IMG/VR virus record: IMGVR_UViG_3300025277_000082
Coordinates: 1-32,290 of that record
Strand: one strand, 5' to 3'
Length of the DNA stretch: 32,290 nt
DNA from: a virus
Lineage: Duplodnaviria; Caudoviricetes
The translations under genes and the position numbers were made by a program. Positions 9,429 to 17,885 of the stretch are shown here, piece by piece; position 1 is the first letter of the stretch, and the number at the start of each line of letters is the position of its first letter. The notes beneath the pieces are model-generated. The model did no database searches. It was not told the DNA's origin and worked only from the letters and a program-made list of their open reading frames with translations.

Positions 9429-11875
9429 TACTGGGTCACCGTTAGTTCTCCTGTAATATTTAATATCGTCATTGGCAATCCCTGTTTTTGCTGGATAGTT
9501 AATTCGAGATCCTCCGCATCCCATCCCAACTGGGTAATGTCTTTAATACCGGTAAATTCCGGGGGAGGATTGTCCAGTAAATCCGAGGTGATTCGAAAAA
9601 CAATATCCTGGTTATTAATCGTAAGCCCGACCGTCTGGTAAACATTGACCTGGACACGGTTCCATGATTTCTTCAGTCCGACCGTGGATCCGCCGCCTTG
9701 CAGTTCAAACTCCGGGGATAAAGTGGTTAATGTTGTGTTATAGCCGAGCCCGATATAAGCATGGGTTCTACCGTTACCCGTGATCGATACGCTGCCATCG
9801 GCAACCGTGGCATCCGGATAAACTGCCTTACTGGTAGCACTGCCGGCAATAATCTGCACCGTTTCCCCTTCCAGATGTTCGAGCCCGGAAAATGTGGTTG
9901 CAGCCGCGCCGGAATAAGTGAGTCCTGAATCCACATAAATTGCCGGATCCAGGTATTCAATAAATCGTTTGGTTGTCTGGTTAATCGTTCGCTTGACACT
10001 GATCCATACTTCATCGGATAACCCGTCAACACTTGGGATACATGCTACGGATTCGACTACCGCATTGCCTTCATCGGTCACCGCGAGTCTTGTCGTATCA
10101 GAGCTTGCAATCGTCAGGTACCCGACCTTATGCACGGTTTCCTCAACCGTGACCACATTGGCCGCCGGGTTGGACACGGTAAAATCCGCGTGTGCGTTGA
10201 TTGCCGTGAATAAATTATCAGCAGTCGTATCATTCGATTCGTTCGGCCTCCAACCGTTATCCGCCGAGGGTGCAGTACCGCCAGAAGCCTCGGAAGTAAA
10301 AGTCACCGTGGTCCCATCGGATTTGGTAAAAATCAAAGTGGTGCCGACCGCGATATTGGCGTAATCCGTAACCGTGATAGTAGCGTTACCAAAATATCCA
10401 CCGACCGGATGGCGTGCCCATGCAACAACATTCTGATCACGTTCATAAGTCACATTAATCAAGGTCCCATCGGCACGCACCAGCCAAACCAGGGTATCGG
10501 GTTCTTGTTGGTAGGCCATATCAACAATGCCACCGGCACTAATATGTTCTGATAAAATTGTCATGTCAGGAGCAACTAGGCCATCAACGTCCAAATTAAA
10601 CGCGAGCTCCCTTAACTTGGTTCCGGCACGCTGGATATACAAAACAGCGCGACCGGCTTCGATTGGGGTCACGTTATTGGATCCGTATCTTGTTTCCGGT
10701 ATTACCTGGACATTGGTCGGAGTCACCGGGGCTGTTCCGCCCGTTAGTTTAAATTCACCTCCAACGGTTCCAACAATCAACCCGGCAGATGATCCGATCA
10801 GCCATTGAATGACATTCACCTGGCTTGCGGCCAGGGCAAACTCGATTGCATCATCGGCGGCCCCTGATCCTACGGCCATGTTTTCAAAGTCACCTGATTT
10901 TGATGCCCAAATAGTTTGTGGGTTATCATTGGATCCAGCCCAATATAATCGTTCTTCAAAGAAAGTGACACACGCCGGGTATTCATCAGCGGATCCGGCA
11001 AAACTTGCCGGAGCTCCGGAGAAAGAAATTGTGGTTAAGGTCCATGCGGTATGACTTGAGCGTGTTATTTTCCGGGGGGCGTAATTTCTTCCAGCAACAT
11101 AAAGTGTGTCAGCCGACTGACAAAATTTTAAATCGTACAGATCCGCTTCGGTGTAAGGTGTGGTCAATTCGACCGGTTTACCGCCTGATCTTATTTGTCC
11201 ATTATCTTTATAGATGCGAACGTAAAGATTGCCAAACTCCAAAATATAAGCTTGAGTGGTTGAAAATTCGAATTGAAAGACACGAACTTTTTTGTCAAAA
11301 TCCCCTGTTTTAAGAGTAACCGTGTCAAGGGTATGAGTTGCACCAGTCGTATGTTTCCAGCCCATGTATGTATCGGTGCTTTGCGCTGTAAATTCCATCG
11401 TATGTGTACCGACCGCAAACTCGGTTGAGGTGTACACTTGCTCACCGCCGCTACTGTTCCCGATTTGCAGACTGATAGCACCGGTCCCGATAACAAATCC
11501 TAAAACGTAACGCTGACCTTTTACCGTGGTAATCTGTTCTTCCGCCCAACCGTAATTTGAAGCGTTGGAAGAAACAATATTCATTAAATTGGTTGAGTGT
11601 GCGATTGAACCCGTGCCAACAGATTTGTTAGTCCAGCCGGCAATGTCCGAGGCAAAGGTGCCGTTCGGCATCATCTCGGATCCGGATGCCGTGACTTTTG
11701 CCTGGGCGATAAAATGGGATCCACCACGGCGCTTCAACCCGCCATGCGGCAGAACATAGGCATTCTCGAGGGTCTTTAGAGCGTTGTTGTATTTAGCAAC
11801 GTCAACCCTTCCCAACAACCTGGGAGAAAATTCCCCGGCTGTAAAATTTGTTTGTACCGGAAAAACTTTCGCCAT
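9428..11875 (-). CDS. Tail tubular protein B (nozzle, gp12-like)
   Basis: QTNFTAGEFSPRLLGRVD...PHGGLKRRGG N-terminus; YPACVTFFEERL; WASKSGDFENM; YQQEPD; AWARH. Confidence 0.9.
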   Translation of the reverse strand: MAKVFPVQTNFTAGEFSPRLLGRVDVAKYNNALKTLENAYVLPHGGLKRRGGSHFIAQAKVTASGSEMMPNGTFASDIAGWTNKSVGTGSIAHSTNLMNIVSSNASNYGWAEEQITTVKGQRYVLGFVIGTGAISLQIGNSSGGEQVYTSTEFAVGTHTMEFTAQSTDTYMGWKHTTGATHTLDTVTLKTGDFDKKVRVFQFEFSTTQAYILEFGNLYVRIYKDNGQIRSGGKPVELTTPYTEADLYDLKFCQSADTLYVAGRNYAPRKITRSSHTAWTLTTISFSGAPASFAGSADEYPACVTFFEERLYWAGSNDNPQTIWASKSGDFENMAVGSGAADDAIEFALAASQVNVIQWLIGSSAGLIVGTVGGEFKLTGGTAPVTPTNVQVIPETRYGSNNVTPIEAGRAVLYIQRAGTKLRELAFNLDVDGLVAPDMTILSEHISAGGIVDMAYQQEPDTLVWLVRADGTLINVTYERDQNVVAWARHPVGGYFGNATITVTDYANIAVGTTLIFTKSDGTTVTFTSEASGGTAPSADNGWRPNESNDTTADNLFTAINAHADFTVSNPAANVVTVEETVHKVGYLTIASSDTTRLAVTDEGNAVVESVACIPSVDGLSDEVWISVKRTINQTTKRFIEYLDPAIYVDSGLTYSGAAATTFSGLEHLEGETVQIIAGSATSKAVYPDATVADGSVSITGNGRTHAYIGLGYNTTLTTLSPEFELQGGGSTVGLKKSWNRVQVNVYQTVGLTINNQDIVFRITSDLLDNPPPEFTGIKDITQLGWDAEDLELTIQQKQGLPMTILNITGELTVTQ

Positions 11876-12450
11876 TAACGCAATCTCGCATCAAGTAAGT
11901 GATCACTCTTTAATTCCTCCGGTGTGCCTTCTTGCGAATCCACGGCCATGGCATCGGCCATGGTATTGCGGTACGCCGCAAACATGGTTTCCGTAGTTTC
12001 CTTACTTCGGGTCACCGGGAACGCCAGCCGGTAAGCCAAAAGGTCCACCAAGGTTTTCATCATCATTGAATCAAATTCGCTCGGATCAGTGATGCGCCCG
12101 ATGTAAATAATATCAACCGCCGAGGTATCGCAATAAATGTGGCGGCCGCGACATTGAAAATTCTGGTCATCGTCCGAGGTGTCATAAACATTGAGCACCC
12201 GTAAACAGTAAGGGTCAGTCGGCATTAAAAATTTATAGAGCCAGCCAACAATCGGTGTGCCGGTAACAGCCGCGAGATTCGCCTCCTGTACCGCCGCGTT
12301 CCAGTTATGTTGCCGGAGCAGAAAATCCACCTCGGTATCGTAAATGCGATTGCATAAAACGGCCGTGGTCGAACTCTCGGTCAACGAACTGATCGTATTA
12401 GCGCCGAGTAAATTAAGAGCCTCATTACAAATATCAACTTTTGAAGGCAT
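11875..12450 (-). CDS. Tail tubular protein A (adaptor, gp11-like)
   Basis: SKVDICNEALNLLGANTISSL...HNWNAA...P.D..CLR motifs; synteny. Confidence 0.88.
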   Translation of the reverse strand: MPSKVDICNEALNLLGANTISSLTESSTTAVLCNRIYDTEVDFLLRQHNWNAAVQEANLAAVTGTPIVGWLYKFLMPTDPYCLRVLNVYDTSDDDQNFQCRGRHIYCDTSAVDIIYIGRITDPSEFDSMMMKTLVDLLAYRLAFPVTRSKETTETMFAAYRNTMADAMAVDSQEGTPEELKSDHLLDARLR

Positions 12451-12532
12451 AATTGGTCCTTAATCCCAAATCCGGGACTCCCTCAGATGCCGTAGATTGC
12501 CCGATCTTGGTTTGGTTAATATGTAACCCTGA

Positions 12533-12562
12533 TGCAACCGGGCCCCGAAAGGCCCGATCACA
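12533..12562 (-). other. Stable UUCG-tetraloop hairpin after the capsid/decoration genes
   Basis: Minus strand UGUGAUCGGGCCU-UUCG-GGGCCCGGUUGCA, 13-bp stem with G-U pairs; no U-tract, so it is not a clear intrinsic terminator. Confidence 0.55.
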
Positions 12563-12576
12563 AACAGAATTATGCG

Positions 12577-13038
12577 TTAGCCTTTGCAATACATAATATG
12601 CATGTCAAAGGTATCAGCGGAAACTGATGTGCCAGCGCCTAAACCAAGGGTCAAAATCATTTCCCCGGTTGTGACGTAGCCCGTGTCATGCGTTCCGCTC
12701 TCATGAAAGTGCGTGACCGTCCTTGCGGAATCGGCCGCAATCGCACTACAGAAAGCATCAACATCGACTGCCACGGCAGACCCATCGGTGAGTGCCGTAT
12801 GAGCCGCGTATCCAACGTTAACCGTTGCTGACGATTCTAGGTCAGAAACGATAATGAAAGATTGCGGTAAAATACGGACCCCGGCTGGGATCTTCATCAA
12901 TTCAACCGTGTCAGAGCTTGAAAGTGCTTGCCCTGTAAATCGTGCATATTCATACACAACGCCGTTGCTGGTTGTCGGATCATTCTTGTCCGGACCATCA
13001 CGGTGAGTGGTGTATTCAGTACTATAATATGTAGCCAT
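12577..13038 (-). CDS. Putative capsid decoration/minor head protein
   Basis: 153-aa beta-rich ORF directly after the capsid gene with a strong GGAGG RBS; DTVELMKIPAGVRI motif. Confidence 0.6.
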   Translation of the reverse strand: MATYYSTEYTTHRDGPDKNDPTTSNGVVYEYARFTGQALSSSDTVELMKIPAGVRILPQSFIIVSDLESSATVNVGYAAHTALTDGSAVAVDVDAFCSAIAADSARTVTHFHESGTHDTGYVTTGEMILTLGLGAGTSVSADTFDMHIMYCKG

Positions 13039-13050
13039 CGTACACCTCCC

Positions 13051-14453
13051 TTATTGGCAAGCAATTTCAATAACGTGATTATCTTGTATTCTTACGGATC
13101 CCAGTGACATCTGGGCATAAGTTTGAAATGAGTAATTTTTATCTGGCCGTTCCGAGATCTTAGTCTCGATATTTTGCCCGATAGAAAGTCCCACTCCAGA
13201 CTTGGCCCATGCCAACACTTGCTGGTTACCATCCGAATCGTTATTGAGTCGCTCTGTGTGAATAAAATTAAAACCGAAAAAGGCACCTATGCTTCCGGTA
13301 ACCATCGGTTTCTTGTCGTTGTAATCAAAATTGATGATCGGAGTTCCTGATTCAGAAAACAGATCATCCATTTTATCTCCGCTGATGGCGAGATAAAGTT
13401 CTTCATCGGGATCAATGTCTGCCTCCCGTAATATTTTCCTTGCAGTTCGTAGTTTTGCCATAGTCATTCCAGCCGCGTTTATGTTCAACAAGGTTTGTTA
13501 TTCCTTGCCCGGGATTATCCCAGCTTTATGTTTCCATAAAGACCAGACCATATCATCAACCCATTGGGTTGTTTTGCGCTTCCACCGCACTCGCGGTGTA
13601 CTCCCTTTCGGGATGGTCGTTGCACCTTCCCACCTTAGTGGGCTTGGCTCATGATTACCTTCGGTTTCCCGATAAGGCGTTCCATGAATTCACAAAATTT
13701 TTCGATACATGTCACCATGTAAAGGGGCCATTGCAATAACCCGTGAACTATTTTCTGCGCGGAAGGTAGAGCTACGTCTGACGCGGCATCGGTCGAGGAT
13801 ACGCTGGTAGCGTTTCCTGTCATCGCGGCCAAAATCAAGTCATCAATTGTTCTACCCATTGCCCAAACTCCAGCGGTCATATATTCGGACTTGGGATCAG
13901 ATAACATTTTTATCTGATCTGCCTTGTCCACTAGCGTATATGTTCAACAAGGTTCGCAAAACCTTATCCGTGGTTTCCCACTGCTTTATGTTTCCATAAA
14001 GACCAGATCATATCATCAACCATTAAGGTTGCTCCGCGCTTCCATCACGCTTGTGATGTACTCCCTTCCGGGATGATCGTTGCACCTTCCTACCATTAGT
14101 AGGCTCGGCTCAGGATTGTCTACGGCATAACCCGTTAAGAGGTTCCCTGAGTTCACGGAGTTGTTCGATACATGTTGCCATGTAAAGGGACCTATTTTTT
14201 GATCCGCCCAGTTGTAATCTTCCATCACAACTTTTCGCCTGGAGTGGGGTGTAGAAATAAGCGGCGTGTCTGCATGCCGACTTGTCATTTTTTGCGCCGA
14301 TGTACTACCCAAGCGGTCAAAATGATCTGCCTTACCTACTACACCCTCATTCACTCGCACAAAGTTTCGCAAACGCGAACCTTTTTGCTGGGCAAGGTGA
14401 ATGAAATTGGAGCGATACTTGTTGACAAAAGCCTTGTTGACTTCAGTGCTCAT
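13051..14453 (-). CDS. Major capsid protein, spliced: exons 14453-14202, 13934-13739, 13475-13051 (873 nt, 290 aa)
   Basis: Three ORF pieces are successive parts of one capsid (LAQQKGSRLR...TPHSRR; AMGRTIDDLI; FFGFNFIHTERL...ERPDKNYSFQ). Removing both introns restores the frame: YNWAD|LVDKAD and KIVHG-S-AGMTMAKL. Confidence 0.93.
13476..13738 (-). ncRNA. Group I intron 2 (ORF-less, IA2-like), 263 nt
   Basis: P1 exon GGGU with IGS GCCC (U-G wobble); P3 UUUUGUG/CGCAAAA; P4 UUCAUG/CAUGAG; P7 GACCA/UGGUC; P7.1 and P7.2; J8/7 AUGAUA; GAAA-capped P9; terminal G. Confidence 0.93.
13935..14201 (-). ncRNA. Group I intron 1 (ORF-less, IA2-like), 267 nt
   Basis: P1 exon GGAU with IGS GUCC (U-G wobble); P10 UAG with 3' exon CUA; P3 CUCCGUG/CGCGGAG; P4 CUCAGG/CCUGAG; P7 GAUCA/UGAUC; P7.1 and P7.2; P9 GAAA; terminal G. 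Confidence 0.95.
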
Positions 14454-14553
14454 TTCATTTACCTCTCAATGAGGATTAATAATATAGAGAGGTAACCGAC
14501 CATCGGGCTCTCGGATACAACGGTTGGGCCCTTACGGGGTATCCGGGGTACTG
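14454..14553 (-). promoter_or_regulatory. Structured capsid leader with an anti-SD element
   Basis: 9-bp perfect inverted repeat 14459-14467/14487-14495 covering the SD (GAGAGG); further stems CGGATAC/GTATCCG and CCC-GUAA-GGG. Confidence 0.5.
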
Positions 14554-14808
14554 CTATGCAACTAGCGGAGGATCCGTTACCGGGTCCGTAGTTGTGATGC
14601 CGGGATCTTCGATCTCTACCGGCTTACGAATTGCTACCTCGCATAACCCGTAAAAATCTTCGCTCCTGGCTGGTTGATCGTAATGCAAACAATAATCAAA
14701 TTTCTTGCCTCTTAACCTTCCGAGGCGAAATGGATTTTCCTTTCTCGATAATACGATTCGTTTCTTACCAAAATTTTTACACTCGCCGCATGTAATATTG
14801 CTTTCCAT
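14554..14808 (-). CDS. Small Cys-rich hypothetical protein
   Basis: 84 aa, CGECKNF...C...C; starts immediately after the scaffold stop with GGAGG upstream. Confidence 0.6.
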   Translation of the reverse strand: MESNITCGECKNFGKKRIVLSRKENPFRLGRLRGKKFDYCLHYDQPARSEDFYGLCEVAIRKPVEIEDPGITTTDPVTDPPLVA

Positions 14809-15648
14809 TTATTCCTCCGGGTAAGCCATATCAAACAGGCGATCCCGGAAAGCAATAGCCTCGGCATGCTTGGGATCGTTCTTGTCCCAGTACGCTTTAT
14901 AATGTTTATGTCCGGGCTTGTTGAAATTTTCAATTTCCTTCAACGCCGAGCCAACATCAAGAAAACTGGAATCATGTTCGGAATCCAATGGCCGAGCCTC
15001 TTGGCTTTTTAATCCCATCTGGTAAAACGCTTTGATCAGCGCCGGATGGGAACCACGGGGATCCGTGGTTAATAATTTCTCGAGCTCCGGACCACCAAAT
15101 TCTTTCATGGCCCGTTGTGCGATCGCCACGTTACGATCGTACCCCTTCATTCCCCATTCTTTTTGCAGTGCCGCCTCGCCTTTAAAATAGGCTTCATCCA
15201 TGTGCAATTTCTGGTCAATTTGGGAATCCAGGGCAAACTTATTATAAAAATCCAGGATGGATCCTAATTGTGTTTGCGTGATGCCCTGGTCATGCGCCAG
15301 TTGTTTGAATGCTTTTTCTGAATCTTCATCGTATGACATTCCTTCCGGCATATCCGGGCGTGCATACTCATACTTGTCCGCCGTTTCCGGGCGCCCCAGC
15401 TTGGTATAAAAATCGTTACGCTCTTCATCGGTTGACTCTTCGCCGGGGATCTTGACCGAGTTCCCCATCATCCGGGAAAGGTGTACATGGCCTTTTGCCA
15501 GGTCACCGACCGATTGATATTTGCTTAACGATTTTTCTTCCCGGTAATCCTCCGGAACATCATCAATCCATGTGGCTGGTGCTTCCAGCGGCGCTGCTTC
15601 AGATTCGCTCGAGGTGTCGGTTACCGGCTCTTGCGTTTCAGTTGCCAT
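14809..15648 (-). CDS. Capsid scaffolding protein
   Basis: 279 aa, acidic N-terminus, FYTKLGRPE...Y, LQKEWG..YDRN, HPALIK; between portal and capsid. Confidence 0.85.
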   Translation of the reverse strand: MATETQEPVTDTSSESEAAPLEAPATWIDDVPEDYREEKSLSKYQSVGDLAKGHVHLSRMMGNSVKIPGEESTDEERNDFYTKLGRPETADKYEYARPDMPEGMSYDEDSEKAFKQLAHDQGITQTQLGSILDFYNKFALDSQIDQKLHMDEAYFKGEAALQKEWGMKGYDRNVAIAQRAMKEFGGPELEKLLTTDPRGSHPALIKAFYQMGLKSQEARPLDSEHDSSFLDVGSALKEIENFNKPGHKHYKAYWDKNDPKHAEAIAFRDRLFDMAYPEE

Positions 15649-15651
15649 AAA

Positions 15652-15909
15652 TTATTCTCCTTTTGATTTTAGTTCTTCACCAAGTTTGACCGTTTCCTTG
15701 ATCAGTAAATAAACAAACCGACAACCCTCCTGGAAATAAGTCCCATAAGGATCATTGGCTACTACACTGGATTTTCCCTGGTACATCTCTTCCAAATCCT
15801 TTAATACCTCCAGACCGGATTCAGTATTGAAACAATGAAAATAATTGACCGCTACTTTTTTGCGGTCCTCTTCATCAAACTTCGGCTCCCACTCCCTCTG
15901 TTTTTTCAT
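15652..15909 (-). CDS. Small conserved head-module protein (Bbp19-like)
   Basis: F.TESGLEVLKDLE...FQEGCR.V motif in the portal-scaffold slot. Confidence 0.7.
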   Translation of the reverse strand: MKKQREWEPKFDEEDRKKVAVNYFHCFNTESGLEVLKDLEEMYQGKSSVVANDPYGTYFQEGCRFVYLLIKETVKLGEELKSKGE

Positions 15910-17533
15910 TTGCCTCCGCTAGTGCCTTGATGCCGGGACCGGCCATACTCACCCCTTGGGCCGCTTGCATCAATTCGTTTGTTTGTTGTTGTTGTTGCAT
16001 CTGTTCTGCCTTGACCGTTCTTAATTGCTGCAATGCCGCTTTCGATTTGAGTGCTTCACCCGGAACCGCCAGGCGATCACCGAGAATTCTTAATGCCTCT
16101 TCAAAATCCACGATGTCAAGAATATCCGGAGCAAATTGGGCCGCCTGGCCAAGCATACCAAACCACTGTGTTATAGCTGAAACGTCACTAAGTTTTTGTG
16201 CCTTGGCCAAGCTCCCAACGAATTCGACATCGATTTCATTGAGCCCGTGCAATGCTTCCGGAGGAGGAGGAAACAGCCCGGTCCTGAAACCAATGGCGAA
16301 CGTACGAATTACCAGCGGATTAAGCACCTCGGATTCAAAACGTGAAACCGTGGGGCCTAACATACGCTGAAACTGATCCCTTAATTCAATAACTTCTTGC
16401 GCGGTCATGTTCGGTTTTTCCGGCATGATCAACTGATCCGCCATGAACATGGACCGGATACCGCGTTTGAGTTCATCCCCTTTTAGATTGGTGAGATCAA
16501 AGCGGCCTTCGAATGGTAAAAATTTAATGCGTTCGGGTTCGCGTGAATAATTAATCGCTCCTGGAATAAGTTTAAAAGCGCCGACTATTCCCTGGTGCGG
16601 TGCGATCAGTGGCGGATCGACTGCCTTGTTGAGTGCGCGTAGTTCGAGCTCGCGGATCTTGTTTAAAACTTTAATGTCGGCCATGGCAACATCGGCCGGG
16701 GACCTTCCCCAGAGCTCGCCGGATTCCTTGGCAAACCTTCCGATGGCATAAGGAAATTCGTTGTATCCACTCTCGGCAACTTTTTCTTTACCGTGTGAAA
16801 ATATATCGATTGAGGTCCATGCTTTGGTTTCTTTACCGCGGCGTTTTTTCGAATAGTAATCCTCGGCCGGAAGCACCACGCGGAGAAAATCATATTCTTC
16901 ATCGGGTTTTTCCTGGGCGGCTTCGCGTACGACCTCGGGCAAATTCTTCAACCCGAATTGCTGGGCGGCTTGCCTGGCACTTAACTTGTATTCCCAAAAT
17001 AATGTATCAGGTACACCACGCCGGTCCTCGGCAAACACAAATTCACCAATCGGCATGGATTTATAAATGATCCCGTTAAAGTTTGGATGGGTCAGGTCAT
17101 CTTCATCGACCATGATGCAGATGGTACCGAATGAAGTGTAATCCAAAAATGCCTCACCGATCACACTGTAGAAATTACTAGTGTGCATGGTATAGAACAT
17201 TTTTTCACTGACTTGGTTGAACCATGCCTGAACTGCCGGATCATCATTAAGCTCTGCCATTCGGTGAGCTTCGGGGATCTTCAACTTGTACCAGATCACT
17301 GAACTCGGGCAGAGGGAGTTCTGCATCGATAATGCAAGGAGTCTATTCGCTTCCGTGGCCGTAGAATCAAATCTCTTATTGGTCAGCGGTTGGCCGAACT
17401 GATGAATTGACGAATCCACTTTGCCTTTTCTCGGTCGAATATAATCCCGGACATCTCTGAAAAATGGCTCCCATTGGGTGCGCCGTTGTTTCAGTTTATC
17501 GTGTCGCTTGATCAACGAAATAACATCTGGCAT
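15875..17533 (-). CDS. Portal / head-tail connector protein
   Basis: 552 aa; FDSTA, SNFY, FGT, GELWGRSPA, VDPPL, MTAQEV...LGP motifs. Confidence 0.93.
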   Translation of the reverse strand: MPDVISLIKRHDKLKQRRTQWEPFFRDVRDYIRPRKGKVDSSIHQFGQPLTNKRFDSTATEANRLLALSMQNSLCPSSVIWYKLKIPEAHRMAELNDDPAVQAWFNQVSEKMFYTMHTSNFYSVIGEAFLDYTSFGTICIMVDEDDLTHPNFNGIIYKSMPIGEFVFAEDRRGVPDTLFWEYKLSARQAAQQFGLKNLPEVVREAAQEKPDEEYDFLRVVLPAEDYYSKKRRGKETKAWTSIDIFSHGKEKVAESGYNEFPYAIGRFAKESGELWGRSPADVAMADIKVLNKIRELELRALNKAVDPPLIAPHQGIVGAFKLIPGAINYSREPERIKFLPFEGRFDLTNLKGDELKRGIRSMFMADQLIMPEKPNMTAQEVIELRDQFQRMLGPTVSRFESEVLNPLVIRTFAIGFRTGLFPPPPEALHGLNEIDVEFVGSLAKAQKLSDVSAITQWFGMLGQAAQFAPDILDIVDFEEALRILGDRLAVPGEALKSKAALQQLRTVKAEQMQQQQQTNELMQAAQGVSMAGPGIKALAEANEKTEGVGAEV

Positions 17534-17797
17534 CTAGTCTCCTAACAATTTTTTCTTATAAGCACTCGCCTCGGATGTATCGCCTAAAGCCCCTGTCATA
17601 ATGGTTGATCTTCGTCCCTGACGTTTCCTCGCCAGGATTGCCATGCGTTCCTCTTTTTCCTCGGCCGATCTGTCAATCTCTTTCGGCGGCTCGGGCGGCG
17701 GAGGCGGCTCGGGAACCGGTTGCATCACAATCGGTTTGGGCGGCGGAGGTAAGGGGGGAGGACTTGGCATTTTTGGCGGCGAAAAAATAAAACCCAT
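17534..17797 (-). CDS. Proline-rich small virion protein
   Basis: Probable start ATG 17797 after GGAG; MGFIFSPPKMPSPPPLPPP...GRRSTIMTG...KKLLG; typical pre-portal gene. Confidence 0.75.
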   Translation of the reverse strand: MGFIFSPPKMPSPPPLPPPPKPIVMQPVPEPPPPPEPPKEIDRSAEEKEERMAILARKRQGRRSTIMTGALGDTSEASAYKKKLLGD

Positions 17798-17885
17798 TTT
17801 TTTTACTCCTTTAGTATTCTTGGTTAAAGGTAAATAAAACCTAATCGAATTGGCAATCAAAATCCTAGTGAAATGTTAAATTTTC

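Noticed and set aside
13476-14201. The ~265-nt repeats as MITEs, CRISPR or group II intron remnants
   Set aside because: No terminal inverted repeats or target duplications, no repeat-spacer array, no GUGYG start or domain V
13051-14453. Capsid as a decayed pseudogene, three separate genes or a frameshift product
   Set aside because: The inserts have complete group I structures and precise excision restores one frame; the ORF tails QKIGPF... and LLQWPL... are intron read-through
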